From contig CAXXTB010000002.1 of assembly GCA_963676795.2 (NCBI GenBank), forward strand, positions 1,376,001 to 1,440,000: a DNA stretch of 64,000 nt. The letters run 5' to 3'. Shown piece by piece: positions 27,577 through 36,626 of the stretch. Below the pieces are notes generated by a model. It was not told the DNA's origin and searched no databases. It was given only the letters and a program-made list of their open reading frames with translations. Within the stretch, counting starts at the first letter, position 1. Every line of letters begins with the position of its first letter. A program made the translations under genes and the position numbers. This DNA is from Geopsychrobacteraceae bacterium. GTDB taxonomy: Bacteria; Desulfobacterota; Desulfuromonadia; Desulfuromonadales; Geopsychrobacteraceae.

Positions 27577-29823
27577 ATGCTGATGCGTATGAAAATCAAT
27601 CATAAGTTGCTTGTTCTGGTTGGTTCGGTTCTTGTTCTGCTGATTGTTTGCCTGGTGTTCGGTTATCTTGGCCTGTCTAAAACTGTGCATAACGGTACGG
27701 AACTGGCCGATGGGAATCGTCTGAAGAGCACACTGCTGGCGCGTGAGGTTGATCATCTGATCTGGGTACGCAACGTTGGGGCCTTCCTGACCGACGATAA
27801 GGTCAAGGAGCTGAATGTCCAGTTGGATCCCACCCAATGCGCCCTGGGTAAATGGCTGAACAGCGATGAGCGGAAGCGGGCAGAAGTCATGATTCCAGGG
27901 CTGGCTGCCGATCTGAAAGCAATCGAGGTTCCGCACCGTCACCTGCACGAATCAGCGGGTAAGATCAAGCAGCTGCATTCGTCCCTCGATTCCCATCTGG
28001 CCCAGTTCTTCACCGAAAAGAAACTGGATCATGCGGTCTGGATCAATAAGGTTCAGGGGGCGATCATTGATCATAAGCACTCGGCCGGTGTTCAGCTTGA
28101 TGAGCATAAATGTGGCCTGGGCCTTTTCCTCTATGGCGAAGAGATCAAAGCAGTCAAAGACGCCAGCCCTGAACTGGCCAGGATTCTTGATGCACTGGAA
28201 GAGCCACATCGTCAGCTGCATCAACAGGGGCGTCAGGTCGAGGAATATCTGCAGGAGAACAGGGCGAATAATGCCTCTGAGCTGTTTTCTGAACAGCTGC
28301 AGCCGACTCTGGTTAAAACCATGGGGCTGCTTGACCAGTCTATCGCTGTTTCGATGGCGGCGCTGAAAGGAAACCGGCAGGCCAACGAGGTTTACGCTGG
28401 TGAGGGACAGCAGGCGCTCACCGCTGTGCAGGGGCTGCTGCACAGGATGATCGAAACGGTTTCTGCCAACCTGATTTCGGATGACCAGTTGATTTCTGCA
28501 GCGGTCTCGACGCGCTCAACCATGTCGGGTGTCGGCATCGCCGCTCTGGTTATCGGCCTGATTCTGGCCTATTTCATTGCCCGCAGTATCACCCGGCCAC
28601 TCTCCCGGGCCTTTGCGGTTGTCTCTCAATACGCGCAAGGGGATACCAGGGATCAGAATCTCGATCTGGGCAACAGAGTCAGGTGTTACGACATCAACCA
28701 GTGTAGCAACGGTGACTGTGAATGTTACGGCAATGAATCCCACTGTTGGGTCCAGGCAGGCACTTTTGGTCCGACTCCGACCTGTAAGAAGCTGGTCAGC
28801 GGAACCTACAGCGATTGTCGACAGTGCAAGGCGTTCAAGGCGCGCGACGAAATCACCGAGCTTGGTTCCGTTCTGGTCGGTATGGCCAAAAGCCTGCAAG
28901 GGCGTAGTGAGCTGGCAGAAGCTATCGCCAGCGGAGATCTGACTCAGGATGTCCGTGTCACATCTGAGCACGATCAGCTTGGACTGGCCCTGAAAGAGAT
29001 GCTTGAGGGGCTGCGTGCCATGGTTGGCAATATTCAGACCGCCGGAGAGCAGATCGCGTCCGGTGCCGTGCAGGTCGCCGATACCAGCCAGACCCTCTCG
29101 CAAGGGGCAACCGAGTCGGCCAGTTCCCTCGAAGAGGTGACAGCATCCATGAACCAGATGGCCGGTCAGGTCAGGATCAATGCTGATAATGCGGATACTG
29201 CCAACCGCCTGTCGAATGAATCGAAATCTGCCGCTGAGAAAGGTGACAGGCAGATGAACGATATGGTCACGGCAATGGACGAGATCAATCAGGCCGGTCA
29301 GAATATTTCCAAGATCATCAAGGTGATTGACGAGATCGCTTTTCAGACCAATCTTCTTGCACTCAACGCCGCTGTTGAAGCAGCCCGTGCCGGACAGCAT
29401 GGCAAGGGGTTTGCGGTTGTCGCCGAGGAGGTGCGTAACCTTGCCGCACGCAGTGCCAAAGCCGCAGAAGAGACCGCAGATCTGATTGAAGGATCAGTGG
29501 CTCTGACGGCCCGCGGAGCGCAGATGGCTGAGCAAACGGCAACAGCACTCAAAGAGATTATGGACGGTACTAACAAGGTTTCCGATTTGCTAGAAGAAAT
29601 TGCTGCGGCGTCCAAAGAGCAGTCCGAGGGGATAAATCAGGTAACCAGTGGCTTAAGCCAGATCGATCAGGTGACCCAGCAGAACACGGCCAGCGCCGAA
29701 GAGAGTGCTTCCGCTTCTGAGGAGCTTTCCGGTCAGGCCAATCAACTGCTTGAAATGCTCAAAAGATTCAGGGTTTCACAGGCTGGAGGGCGGACGGAGT
29801 CTCAGCTCAAAATCGGCTATTGA
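27577..29823 (+). CDS. Methyl-accepting chemotaxis protein with two CZB domains and a Cys-rich HAMP insertion
   Basis: TM1; two CZB motifs (DHLIW..CALGKW..PHRHLH and DHAVW..CGLGLF..PHRQLH); TM2; HAMP; signalling domain [37 protein letters not shown]. Confidence 0.93.
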   Translation: MLMRMKINHKLLVLVGSVLVLLIVCLVFGYLGLSKTVHNGTELADGNRLKSTLLAREVDHLIWVRNVGAFLTDDKVKELNVQLDPTQCALGKWLNSDERKRAEVMIPGLAADLKAIEVPHRHLHESAGKIKQLHSSLDSHLAQFFTEKKLDHAVWINKVQGAIIDHKHSAGVQLDEHKCGLGLFLYGEEIKAVKDASPELARILDALEEPHRQLHQQGRQVEEYLQENRANNASELFSEQLQPTLVKTMGLLDQSIAVSMAALKGNRQANEVYAGEGQQALTAVQGLLHRMIETVSANLISDDQLISAAVSTRSTMSGVGIAALVIGLILAYFIARSITRPLSRAFAVVSQYAQGDTRDQNLDLGNRVRCYDINQCSNGDCECYGNESHCWVQAGTFGPTPTCKKLVSGTYSDCRQCKAFKARDEITELGSVLVGMAKSLQGRSELAEAIASGDLTQDVRVTSEHDQLGLALKEMLEGLRAMVGNIQTAGEQIASGAVQVADTSQTLSQGATESASSLEEVTASMNQMAGQVRINADNADTANRLSNESKSAAEKGDRQMNDMVTAMDEINQAGQNISKIIKVIDEIAFQTNLLALNAAVEAARAGQHGKGFAVVAEEVRNLAARSAKAAEETADLIEGSVALTARGAQMAEQTATALKEIMDGTNKVSDLLEEIAAASKEQSEGINQVTSGLSQIDQVTQQNTASAEESASASEELSGQANQLLEMLKRFRVSQAGGRTESQLKIGY

Positions 29824-29917
29824 TTTTTTTCTGCGGAGTATATTTTACGTGGTCGGGGATTAGTCGTTATCCCAATATAAAATAGCGCTTTATGAAATTT
29901 AGTTTCTTTGAATCAAA

Positions 29918-29949
29918 CAGCCCATGCAGACTACATGCTGCATGGGCTG
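29918..29949 (+). terminator. Hairpin downstream of the MCP gene
   Basis: CAGCCCATGCAG / CTGCATGGGCTG perfect 12-bp inverted repeat followed by AATTTATATT. Confidence 0.55.
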
Positions 29950-30081
29950 AATTTATATTGTGCAAATGCTAGAAACTTCTTTTCTCGTTCTGCTGTCTGT
30001 GGTATCACGTGGAATAACGTAATTTGCGGCTTCTGGCCGTGTTTTATTTAATCAGTATACTTCGAAAGTCTGTGAGTCTTT

Positions 30082-30915
30082 ATGTTTATTTCTGATTCAA
30101 CCCTCGATCGCTGGATCGAAGAAGATTTACCCGGAATCGATCTCACTTCCCATCTGCTGGGAATGAAAACTCTGGACGGACATATCTCTTACAAAGCCCG
30201 TGCAGAGACAACTATCAGCGGCATAGAAGAAGCCTCGGCAATGCTCACCAAACTTGGGTTGGTCGTTGAATTTGCCCAGTCCGAGGGCGCTGTTCTGCAG
30301 CAGGGGGATGAGATTCTCTCTGCGCGTGGTGACGGCGCGAGGATTCATGCTGGCTGGCGTGTCGCCTTGAATGTTCTGGAGTACGCATCGGGGATTGCAA
30401 CGCGGACAGCCAAGCTCGTCAAGCTGGCCAACAGCAACGGTGACGCCATCGTCTGCGGGACGCGCAAGGCATTTCCGGGGGGGCGTAAACTCTCGCAGAA
30501 GGCCTTGGTTGCCGGTGGCGGGGTCCCGCACCGTCTCGGGCTGGGCGAGACGATCCTCATCTTCCCGAATCACTATAATTTACTCGGTCTCGACAACTTT
30601 CTGGCGAAGCTGCCGGAAATCAAGAAGCACGCCCGTGAACGCAAGGTCGGTGTTGAGGTTGAAACCCTCGACGAAGCCCTGCTGATGGCCAGGCACGGAG
30701 CAGATATTCTGCAGCTGGATAAGTGCCCCGTTGAGCTGACCGCCCGGATTGTCGAACAGGTTAAGTCTGATTTTCCACAGATCGTTGTTGGGGCCGCTGG
30801 TGGCGTCAACGCCGATAATGCTGCGCAGTATGCCGCCACGGGTGTCGACTTTCTGGCGACTTCGTGGATGTATTTCGGCAAACCAGCCGATATCTCTGCA
30901 GCCATTTCACGCTAA
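30082..30915 (+). CDS. modD: ModD protein (NadC/quinolinate phosphoribosyltransferase-like)
   Basis: EEDLP.IDLT, SGIATRT, TRKAFPG, HRLGLGETILIF.NH, LQLDK, AAGGVN; adjacent to modAB. Confidence 0.85.
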   Translation: MFISDSTLDRWIEEDLPGIDLTSHLLGMKTLDGHISYKARAETTISGIEEASAMLTKLGLVVEFAQSEGAVLQQGDEILSARGDGARIHAGWRVALNVLEYASGIATRTAKLVKLANSNGDAIVCGTRKAFPGGRKLSQKALVAGGGVPHRLGLGETILIFPNHYNLLGLDNFLAKLPEIKKHARERKVGVEVETLDEALLMARHGADILQLDKCPVELTARIVEQVKSDFPQIVVGAAGGVNADNAAQYAATGVDFLATSWMYFGKPADISAAISR

Positions 30916-30938
30916 TCTTCATTTGCCATGTGTCGTTT

Positions 30939-30969
30939 TGCCAGGGAGAAATCCCTGGCATTTTTTTTT
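30939..30969 (+). terminator. Rho-independent terminator after modD
   Basis: TGCCAGGGA-gaaa-TCCCTGGCA followed by T9. Confidence 0.85.
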
Positions 30970-30974
30970 GTTCC

Positions 30975-31027
30975 TTGACATTTTTATGTCTATCGCTATA
31001 CAAAACGTTATTCGCCAACAAATAACG
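30975..31027 (+). promoter_or_regulatory. modA promoter with ModE-like palindrome
   Basis: TTGACA (30975) with TATACA 16 bp downstream; CGTTATT-N8-AATAACG inverted repeat (31006-31027) over the likely start site. Confidence 0.55.
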
Positions 31028-31037
31028 AGAGGTAAAG

Positions 31038-31754
31038 ATGAAGAAGCTAACTTTAATTCTGCTGGTTCCGTTGTTATTCATCTCGACTGCTGCCGTTGCT
31101 GCAGATCTGCGTACCGCGTCCGGTGCCGGTTACAAAACCATTGTTGAGCAATGGGCGCAGCAGTATGAACAGAGCAGTCAACAGAAGGTTGAACGCATCT
31201 ATGGCAATATGGGGCAGATTCTGGCCCAGGCTGAACATGGCGGCGGGGTCTGCCTGGTGATAGGCGACAAGAGTTATCTGACGACACACAAGTTTGATGC
31301 GGCGCGCTATGTCACAATCGGGACCGGCCGTCCTGTCCTGGTGACCCGCAAAGGGCTTGAGCTGGTCCGGCTCTCTGATCTGAAGGATGCAAGGTTTGCC
31401 AAGATTGCCGCTCCTGATTTCAGCAAGGCGATTTACGGTCGGGCCGCGAAACAGATTCTGGGCAGCACTGGCTATGCCGCTGTGCTGGAAAAAACCATGG
31501 AAGCGGGCACCGTACCGCGCAGTGGTGGTTATGCAGTCAGCGGTCAGGTTGATGCAGCATTCGTCAACATGAGCTACGCTCTGGCTAACCGGGAAAAATT
31601 CGGCAGTATGCTCGAATTGACCGAAGGTTTTGAGCCGATCGAGATTGTCGCAGGGGTTGTCGCAGGCTGTGAGAATGATGTCAACGTCACGGCGTTTCTG
31701 GGGCAGCTGAATACGGACAGTATGGCTCAAAAGGTCGCTGCGGCAGGGCTGTAA
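31038..31754 (+). CDS. modA: Molybdate ABC transporter substrate-binding protein
   Basis: Signal peptide; SGAGYK, YGNMGQ, KAIYGRAA motifs; upstream of modB. Confidence 0.82.
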   Translation: MKKLTLILLVPLLFISTAAVAADLRTASGAGYKTIVEQWAQQYEQSSQQKVERIYGNMGQILAQAEHGGGVCLVIGDKSYLTTHKFDAARYVTIGTGRPVLVTRKGLELVRLSDLKDARFAKIAAPDFSKAIYGRAAKQILGSTGYAAVLEKTMEAGTVPRSGGYAVSGQVDAAFVNMSYALANREKFGSMLELTEGFEPIEIVAGVVAGCENDVNVTAFLGQLNTDSMAQKVAAAGL

Positions 31755-32452
31755 TGGATTTTTTCGGGGCATATTGGCAGATCTATCGTTCTGCGCCGAT
31801 TGTCTTTTCATTGGGGCTGACCGGCAAGGTCTGCTTCTATGCCCTGGTCCTGCATATCCTCATCGGGATTCCGCTGGCCTGGTATCTTTCCGGTCGTCCA
31901 TCCCCCTGGCGCAGTGCACTTGAAAGCCTGATCACCTTCCCGTTGATCTTTCCCCCAATTGCTATCGGTTACCTGCTGCTGGTGGTCCTTGGTCGTTTCA
32001 GTCTGCTGGGGGATTTCTTTTCCCACTCCTTGTCGGTGGAGATTGTTTTTACCCAGGTCGGGGTTGTGTTTGCCGCCTTTATTGCCGGCCTGCCTCTGAT
32101 CGTCAAACCGGTCAGGGCGGCTATTCAGGAGCTTGGCCGCGACCTGATCGAGGCCTCGTACATACTTGGACGCGGCCGGCTGGTCACCTTTGTTCTGGTG
32201 ACCCTGCCGCTGATCAGACGCAGTATCCTGCAGGCCCTTATTCTGGGGATTGGCCGCTCACTGGGGGAGGTCGGTATCACCCTGATGCTCGGCGGCAACA
32301 TCATCGGTAAGACCAATACCCTCTCCCTCGAAGTCTTTAATGCAGTCAATGACGGCGACTTCGAACGCGCCTCCGCACTCTGCCTGCTGTTGTTTCTCTT
32401 CTCTCTGCTGATGTTCGCAACGTTGCGACTTTTCGGTTCCCGGACAAGATAA
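31754..32452 (+). CDS. modB: Molybdate ABC transporter permease
   Basis: FPLIFPPIAIGY, EAA-like loop (LIEASYILG), RSLGEVGITLMLGGNI. Confidence 0.88.
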   Translation: MDFFGAYWQIYRSAPIVFSLGLTGKVCFYALVLHILIGIPLAWYLSGRPSPWRSALESLITFPLIFPPIAIGYLLLVVLGRFSLLGDFFSHSLSVEIVFTQVGVVFAAFIAGLPLIVKPVRAAIQELGRDLIEASYILGRGRLVTFVLVTLPLIRRSILQALILGIGRSLGEVGITLMLGGNIIGKTNTLSLEVFNAVNDGDFERASALCLLLFLFSLLMFATLRLFGSRTR

Positions 32453-32617
32453 TCTTCTCTTGTTGTTATCTCCTTCGCTAAGTCGCTATACTGTAGCCTC
32501 AGTGAATGGCTTCTTAACGAATCGCCAGCCAGTGGCCACGTCAAGCCATAGTCGAGACCACTCTTGCCTGTAGCAGTGGAATTTTACAACCTTTTACCTC
32601 CTAGCCAGGACCAGTAT

Positions 32618-33409
32618 ATGACACCAGAACAATGTGCAGGGCTGATCAATAGGGCAAAAAAAATCGTTGTTCTGACCGGTGCCGGTATCTCGACGGCGGC
32701 CGGCATCCCTGATTTTCGTGGACCTCGAGGACTGTACGTTACCCGTCAGTACGACCCGAACAAGGTTTTTGAAATCTCCGCTTTCATGCGTGAGCCTGAA
32801 TATTTCTATCAGTTTACCCGCGATTTTGTCTCTGCCGTCAAGGAGATCAGGCCGACCTATACCCATTATTTTCTGACGACTCTGGAAAAATTGGGCAAGC
32901 TCAGCGCAGTGGTTACCCAGAACATTGATCTTCTGCACCAGACTGCGGGGACCACGAAAGTTATTGAGGTACATGGTTCTTACGGCAGTGCCAGATGTTT
33001 GAGTTGTGGAGAAAAACTGAATAGCCTGACCTATTCATGGTGGGATCAGTTTCTTGACGAAAGTCTCTCTGCGCCGGTTGTCCGCTGCTTTAAGTGCCGG
33101 GGGCTGCTCAAGCCGGATATCGTCTTTTTCGGTGAAGCCGTCAACGATTACGAGCGAGCCGAGCAGACGATCAGTCGCTGTGATCTGCTGTTTGTCATGG
33201 GCTCTTCCCTGCAGGTTGCTCCTGCATCATATCTGCCCCATGCGACCTCGAGTGATACCATTGTCATCAACCAGGGGCGGGTCGCGCTGCAGAATGCCGG
33301 TCACAGGCACTTTGTCGACGCCGATCTGGACAGCTACCTTCAGGCTGTCGCACAGCATGTGAACGGATTCGCCGATGCCTATACCCAGGCGCCTGATAGC
33401 CATCGGTGA
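32618..33409 (+). CDS. cobB: NAD-dependent protein deacylase (Sir2/CobB family)
   Basis: GAGISTAAGIPDFRG, TQNID, HGS, CxxC...CxxC, KPDIVFFGE, GSSLQV. ATG 32618 preferred over TTG 32564. Confidence 0.9.
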   Translation: MTPEQCAGLINRAKKIVVLTGAGISTAAGIPDFRGPRGLYVTRQYDPNKVFEISAFMREPEYFYQFTRDFVSAVKEIRPTYTHYFLTTLEKLGKLSAVVTQNIDLLHQTAGTTKVIEVHGSYGSARCLSCGEKLNSLTYSWWDQFLDESLSAPVVRCFKCRGLLKPDIVFFGEAVNDYERAEQTISRCDLLFVMGSSLQVAPASYLPHATSSDTIVINQGRVALQNAGHRHFVDADLDSYLQAVAQHVNGFADAYTQAPDSHR

Positions 33410-34088
33410 TATCCATGGGCAATCCCGGCAGCTGATTGAGTTGATTGCCCGGATTCGACCTCAGGATGACGATCTCTTTGTTTTTCTTGGCGATTATATC
33501 GACAGGGGGCCAGACTCTCCAGGGGTGATCGACCTGTTGCGCGCTTTCCAGCTGCAGTATCCCCGGAGCATTTTTCTCCGGGGGAATCATGAGCAGATGC
33601 TGATCGACGCCTATACGCAGCTCGGCCCACTGGCCAGAAACTACCGGTTTCGTTGGGATGAATTGCCGACGAACGAGGTTTCCGATGAGGTCCTGATCTA
33701 TCTGCTCAACGGTGGCAGCGCGACCCTCGATTCCTATCAGGGGCTTCCGGAGGCGGTTCGTTTTGGTGGGAATGCCATCCTTCCGGAACATTTCGATTTT
33801 TTAAATCGCACCTGTCTGTATTTTCGCTTCGATAATTATTTCTTTGTTCATGCGGGAGTCGATCCCACTGTTTCCTTCGACACTGAGGCGGCAAAGAACG
33901 TCTTCCTCTGGTCCCGGCGTGCGTTGTGGCTGAAAGATCCGGACTGGAGTCTGACCGTTGTGCATGGTCATAGTCCGGTTGCGCAACCAGAATTCAAAAA
34001 GCTGGAAGTCTGTCTCGATACCGGAGCGGGGCATGGCTACAACTTGACGGCCTGTGATCTGTATACGCGAAAAATCTGGCAGGCCTAA
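33375..34088 (+). CDS. Calcineurin-like Ser/Thr protein phosphatase (metallophosphoesterase)
   Basis: GDIHG, GDYIDRG, RGNHE, HAG, HGH, DTG motifs. Confidence 0.9.
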   Translation: MPIPRRLIAIGDIHGQSRQLIELIARIRPQDDDLFVFLGDYIDRGPDSPGVIDLLRAFQLQYPRSIFLRGNHEQMLIDAYTQLGPLARNYRFRWDELPTNEVSDEVLIYLLNGGSATLDSYQGLPEAVRFGGNAILPEHFDFLNRTCLYFRFDNYFFVHAGVDPTVSFDTEAAKNVFLWSRRALWLKDPDWSLTVVHGHSPVAQPEFKKLEVCLDTGAGHGYNLTACDLYTRKIWQA

Positions 34089-34188
34089 GTCGGAAGGCCT
34101 GTTTTTTTCGGGCCTTGGCTCTACGCTTTGCGTCTCGATCTGTTATCATTTAAGCAATACCAGCCGTCTTATCGTTAAGGAGGTCGCC

Positions 34189-34686
34189 ATGACACAGGGG
34201 CATGATGATCAGGGCCGACAGGATGTCGGGCTCTATGAAAAAATCCTCAAGAGAACCGAAGAAATCCTCGAATCCGGGCGGAAAAACCTGGATGATGCGC
34301 TCAGGAAAGCAAGTGACGAACTCTCCGGCGCAGGAGAATTTACCAGGGAACAGGCGGACAGAATATCCGGTTACGTCAGGCGGGACGCTCAGAACGCCAT
34401 TGACAGTGCCTTAAAGGCCAAGGACGAGTTCAAGGGGGTTGTTGACCCGCAGCGTGTTTCGGCCGGAGCACAGAGCGTGTTTGCCAGAATGTTGCAAACG
34501 ACATCTGAGAAACTGGCGGAATGGGCAGAAAAGTCTGAGCAGAATCTCGAATACAGGACCGGCGAGGTAACCACACCAGGAACCCTCACCTGCAAGAACT
34601 GTAAGGAGGAGCTGCATATTAAAAAAACGGCAAAAATTCCACCCTGTCCCAGGTGTCATCAAACCCTGTTCCGTAAGTCTTTTTGA
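34189..34686 (+). CDS. Helical protein with C-terminal zinc ribbon (DUF1451-like)
   Basis: AAGGAGG RBS before ATG 34189; YRTGE...PGTLTCKNC...IPPCPRC. Confidence 0.8.
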   Translation: MTQGHDDQGRQDVGLYEKILKRTEEILESGRKNLDDALRKASDELSGAGEFTREQADRISGYVRRDAQNAIDSALKAKDEFKGVVDPQRVSAGAQSVFARMLQTTSEKLAEWAEKSEQNLEYRTGEVTTPGTLTCKNCKEELHIKKTAKIPPCPRCHQTLFRKSF

Positions 34687-34735
34687 GACCGCCTTGCGCT
34701 TTTGCAGGGAAACAGCATAGGAGCAGGATATTGCC

Positions 34736-34981
34736 ATGTCAGTGTTGAAGAGATTGTTCAGAAAGAACCAGCCAACTGAGCTTGTCGAACCACCGGAGAC
34801 TTTGCCTGGCAAAGCGGAGCGCTGCTGGTGTGGTAGCGATTTGACTTATAAGCATTGCCATCGCAGCCAGGACCGTTTGTTTCTGAAAAGACGGCGCCAG
34901 ACTGAATTGGCCAGCTTAAAGGCCCGGCAGGCCTATGAGAGTTGTGCGCTGAACCGAGGCTCCCGTGAGAAGCCACGATAG
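34736..34981 (+). CDS. Small SEC-C motif protein
   Basis: CWCGSDLTYKHCH matches SEC-C (CxCGSx3YKxCH); AGGA RBS. Confidence 0.7.
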   Translation: MSVLKRLFRKNQPTELVEPPETLPGKAERCWCGSDLTYKHCHRSQDRLFLKRRRQTELASLKARQAYESCALNRGSREKPR

Positions 34982-35082
34982 TTGTTGATTGTCAGAAAGA
35001 AAATTGTCATATTGCGCCGGGGATGAAAAGCTTGCTTTTTATCCCTGTCCTTTTTTGAACGACAACTATTTTAAGGGATGTT

Positions 35083-36075
35083 ATGTCGCTTTTAACTCCG
35101 GCTATTGCCTTTCTTGCCGGGCTTGTATTGCTGGTCTGGAGCGCCGATCGTTTTGTTGATGGTGCTGCCGCAACAGCCAGACATGCGGGTGTGCCGCCAC
35201 TGCTGATCGGGATCGTTATTATCGGTTTTGGGACCTCGGCACCTGAGATGGTCGTTTCGGCGATCTCCTCCTTTCAGGGGAATCCCGGTCTGGCCCTCGG
35301 AAATGCTTACGGTTCGAATATCTCCAATATCGGACTGATCCTGGGTTTTACCGCTCTGCTTTCACCGATTCTTGTTCAGCCGGGGATTGTCCGCAGTGAA
35401 CTGCCGATCCTGTTGCTGGTGACGCTTGTTAGTGCCGGGCTGTTGAGTGATTTTCATCTGGGGCGCCTGGATGCGATCATCCTGCTGCTGCTGTTTGTCA
35501 TCGTCATGGGTTGGTGGATCCGGAGTGGTCTGCGTCAACGGAACGACAACCGGACTGAACATCTGGATAACGAAGTCCCCGCCGATCTGATGCCTTTAAA
35601 ATCGTCATTGCTCTGGTTGTCTGTCGGCCTGGTTCTGTTGGTCGTCAGTTCGCGGATCCTGGTCTGGGGGGCCGTTGAAATTGCCCGCAGCTTCGGGGTC
35701 AGCGACCTGATCATCGGACTCACCGTCGTTGCCGTCGGTACCTCCCTACCGGAGCTTGCATCCGCTGTTGCTGCAACGCGAAAAGGGGAGCACGACCTGG
35801 CGCTCGGCAATGTCCTTGGTTCCAATCTGTTCAATACCCTCGCCGTGGTCGGTATCGCCGGCATTATTCATCCTCTTGCAGTTGACAGCGCCGTCCTCTA
35901 CCGGGACTGTCTGATTATGGGGCTGATGACTCTGGTTCTGGTGCCGATTTCTCTCGGGGTTTTCGGGCCGCGGAGAATCACCCGGTTCGAAGGTCTGTTG
36001 CTGCTCTGCTGCTATCTGGCCTACAATGGTTATCTCGTTGGTCAGGTGCTTGGTCTGTTTACGACACCTGCCTGA
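35083..36075 (+). CDS. Calcium/sodium antiporter (YrbG/CaCA family)
   Basis: Two alpha repeats: GTSAPE..GNAYGSN and GTSLPE..GNVLGSN. Confidence 0.92.
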   Translation: MSLLTPAIAFLAGLVLLVWSADRFVDGAAATARHAGVPPLLIGIVIIGFGTSAPEMVVSAISSFQGNPGLALGNAYGSNISNIGLILGFTALLSPILVQPGIVRSELPILLLVTLVSAGLLSDFHLGRLDAIILLLLFVIVMGWWIRSGLRQRNDNRTEHLDNEVPADLMPLKSSLLWLSVGLVLLVVSSRILVWGAVEIARSFGVSDLIIGLTVVAVGTSLPELASAVAATRKGEHDLALGNVLGSNLFNTLAVVGIAGIIHPLAVDSAVLYRDCLIMGLMTLVLVPISLGVFGPRRITRFEGLLLLCCYLAYNGYLVGQVLGLFTTPA

Positions 36076-36132
36076 AGAATTGTTTGCAATCCCCTTGACA
36101 TGGGCTTGTCTTCTGAATGATATTCTCTAAAT

Positions 36133-36606
36133 ATGAATATTGACAGAACTTTCGACGATGTCGACCATCAGATACTAACGATCCTTCAGGAGAAGGCGCG
36201 TATTCCAAACGCCGAAATTGCCCGCCAGGTCGGTATGGCTCCTTCGGCTGTTCTCGAGCGCATCAGAAAGCTGGAAGAGCGCGGGATTATTGAAGGCTAT
36301 GAGGTTCGTCTCAATCCGGATGCTTTTCACCAGGGTCTGACCGCTTTTGTTCAGGTCACCGTGGAGCATTCCTGCTACACGGATCTCGCTGCCGCCCTGA
36401 TGTCCGTATCCGGCGTCCAGGATGTTCATCAGGTTGCCGGAGAGGATGGTTACCTTTTGAAGCTGCGGGTTGCCAGCAATGCGGAACTGGGGCGGATACT
36501 GGTTGAAGAGATCGGCGCACTGCAGGGTGTTCATCAGACCCGCACGACGATTGTTCTGAATACGGTCAAGGAAACGCGAAAAATAGATTTAAGCAGAACC
36601 ATATAA
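36133..36606 (+). CDS. Lrp/AsnC family transcriptional regulator
   Basis: DDVDHQILTILQEKARIPNAEIARQVGMAPSAVLERIRKLEERGIIEGY. Confidence 0.93.
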   Translation: MNIDRTFDDVDHQILTILQEKARIPNAEIARQVGMAPSAVLERIRKLEERGIIEGYEVRLNPDAFHQGLTAFVQVTVEHSCYTDLAAALMSVSGVQDVHQVAGEDGYLLKLRVASNAELGRILVEEIGALQGVHQTRTTIVLNTVKETRKIDLSRTI

Positions 36607-36626
36607 CCAGATACGGAGTACAGCTC

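Noticed and set aside
32453..32617. Possible riboswitch or tRNA between modB and cobB
   Set aside because: No cloverleaf and no recognisable Moco or yybP-ykoY core.
32618..33409. Sir2 protein as an anti-phage (Thoeris/DSR/Sir2-HerA) effector
   Set aside because: Canonical zinc-binding CobB-type sirtuin of ~263 aa with no defence partner genes.
35019..35057. Hairpin upstream of the Ca/Na antiporter as an attenuator
   Set aside because: Cannot be distinguished from a simple terminator of the upstream SEC-C gene; no riboswitch motif recognised.
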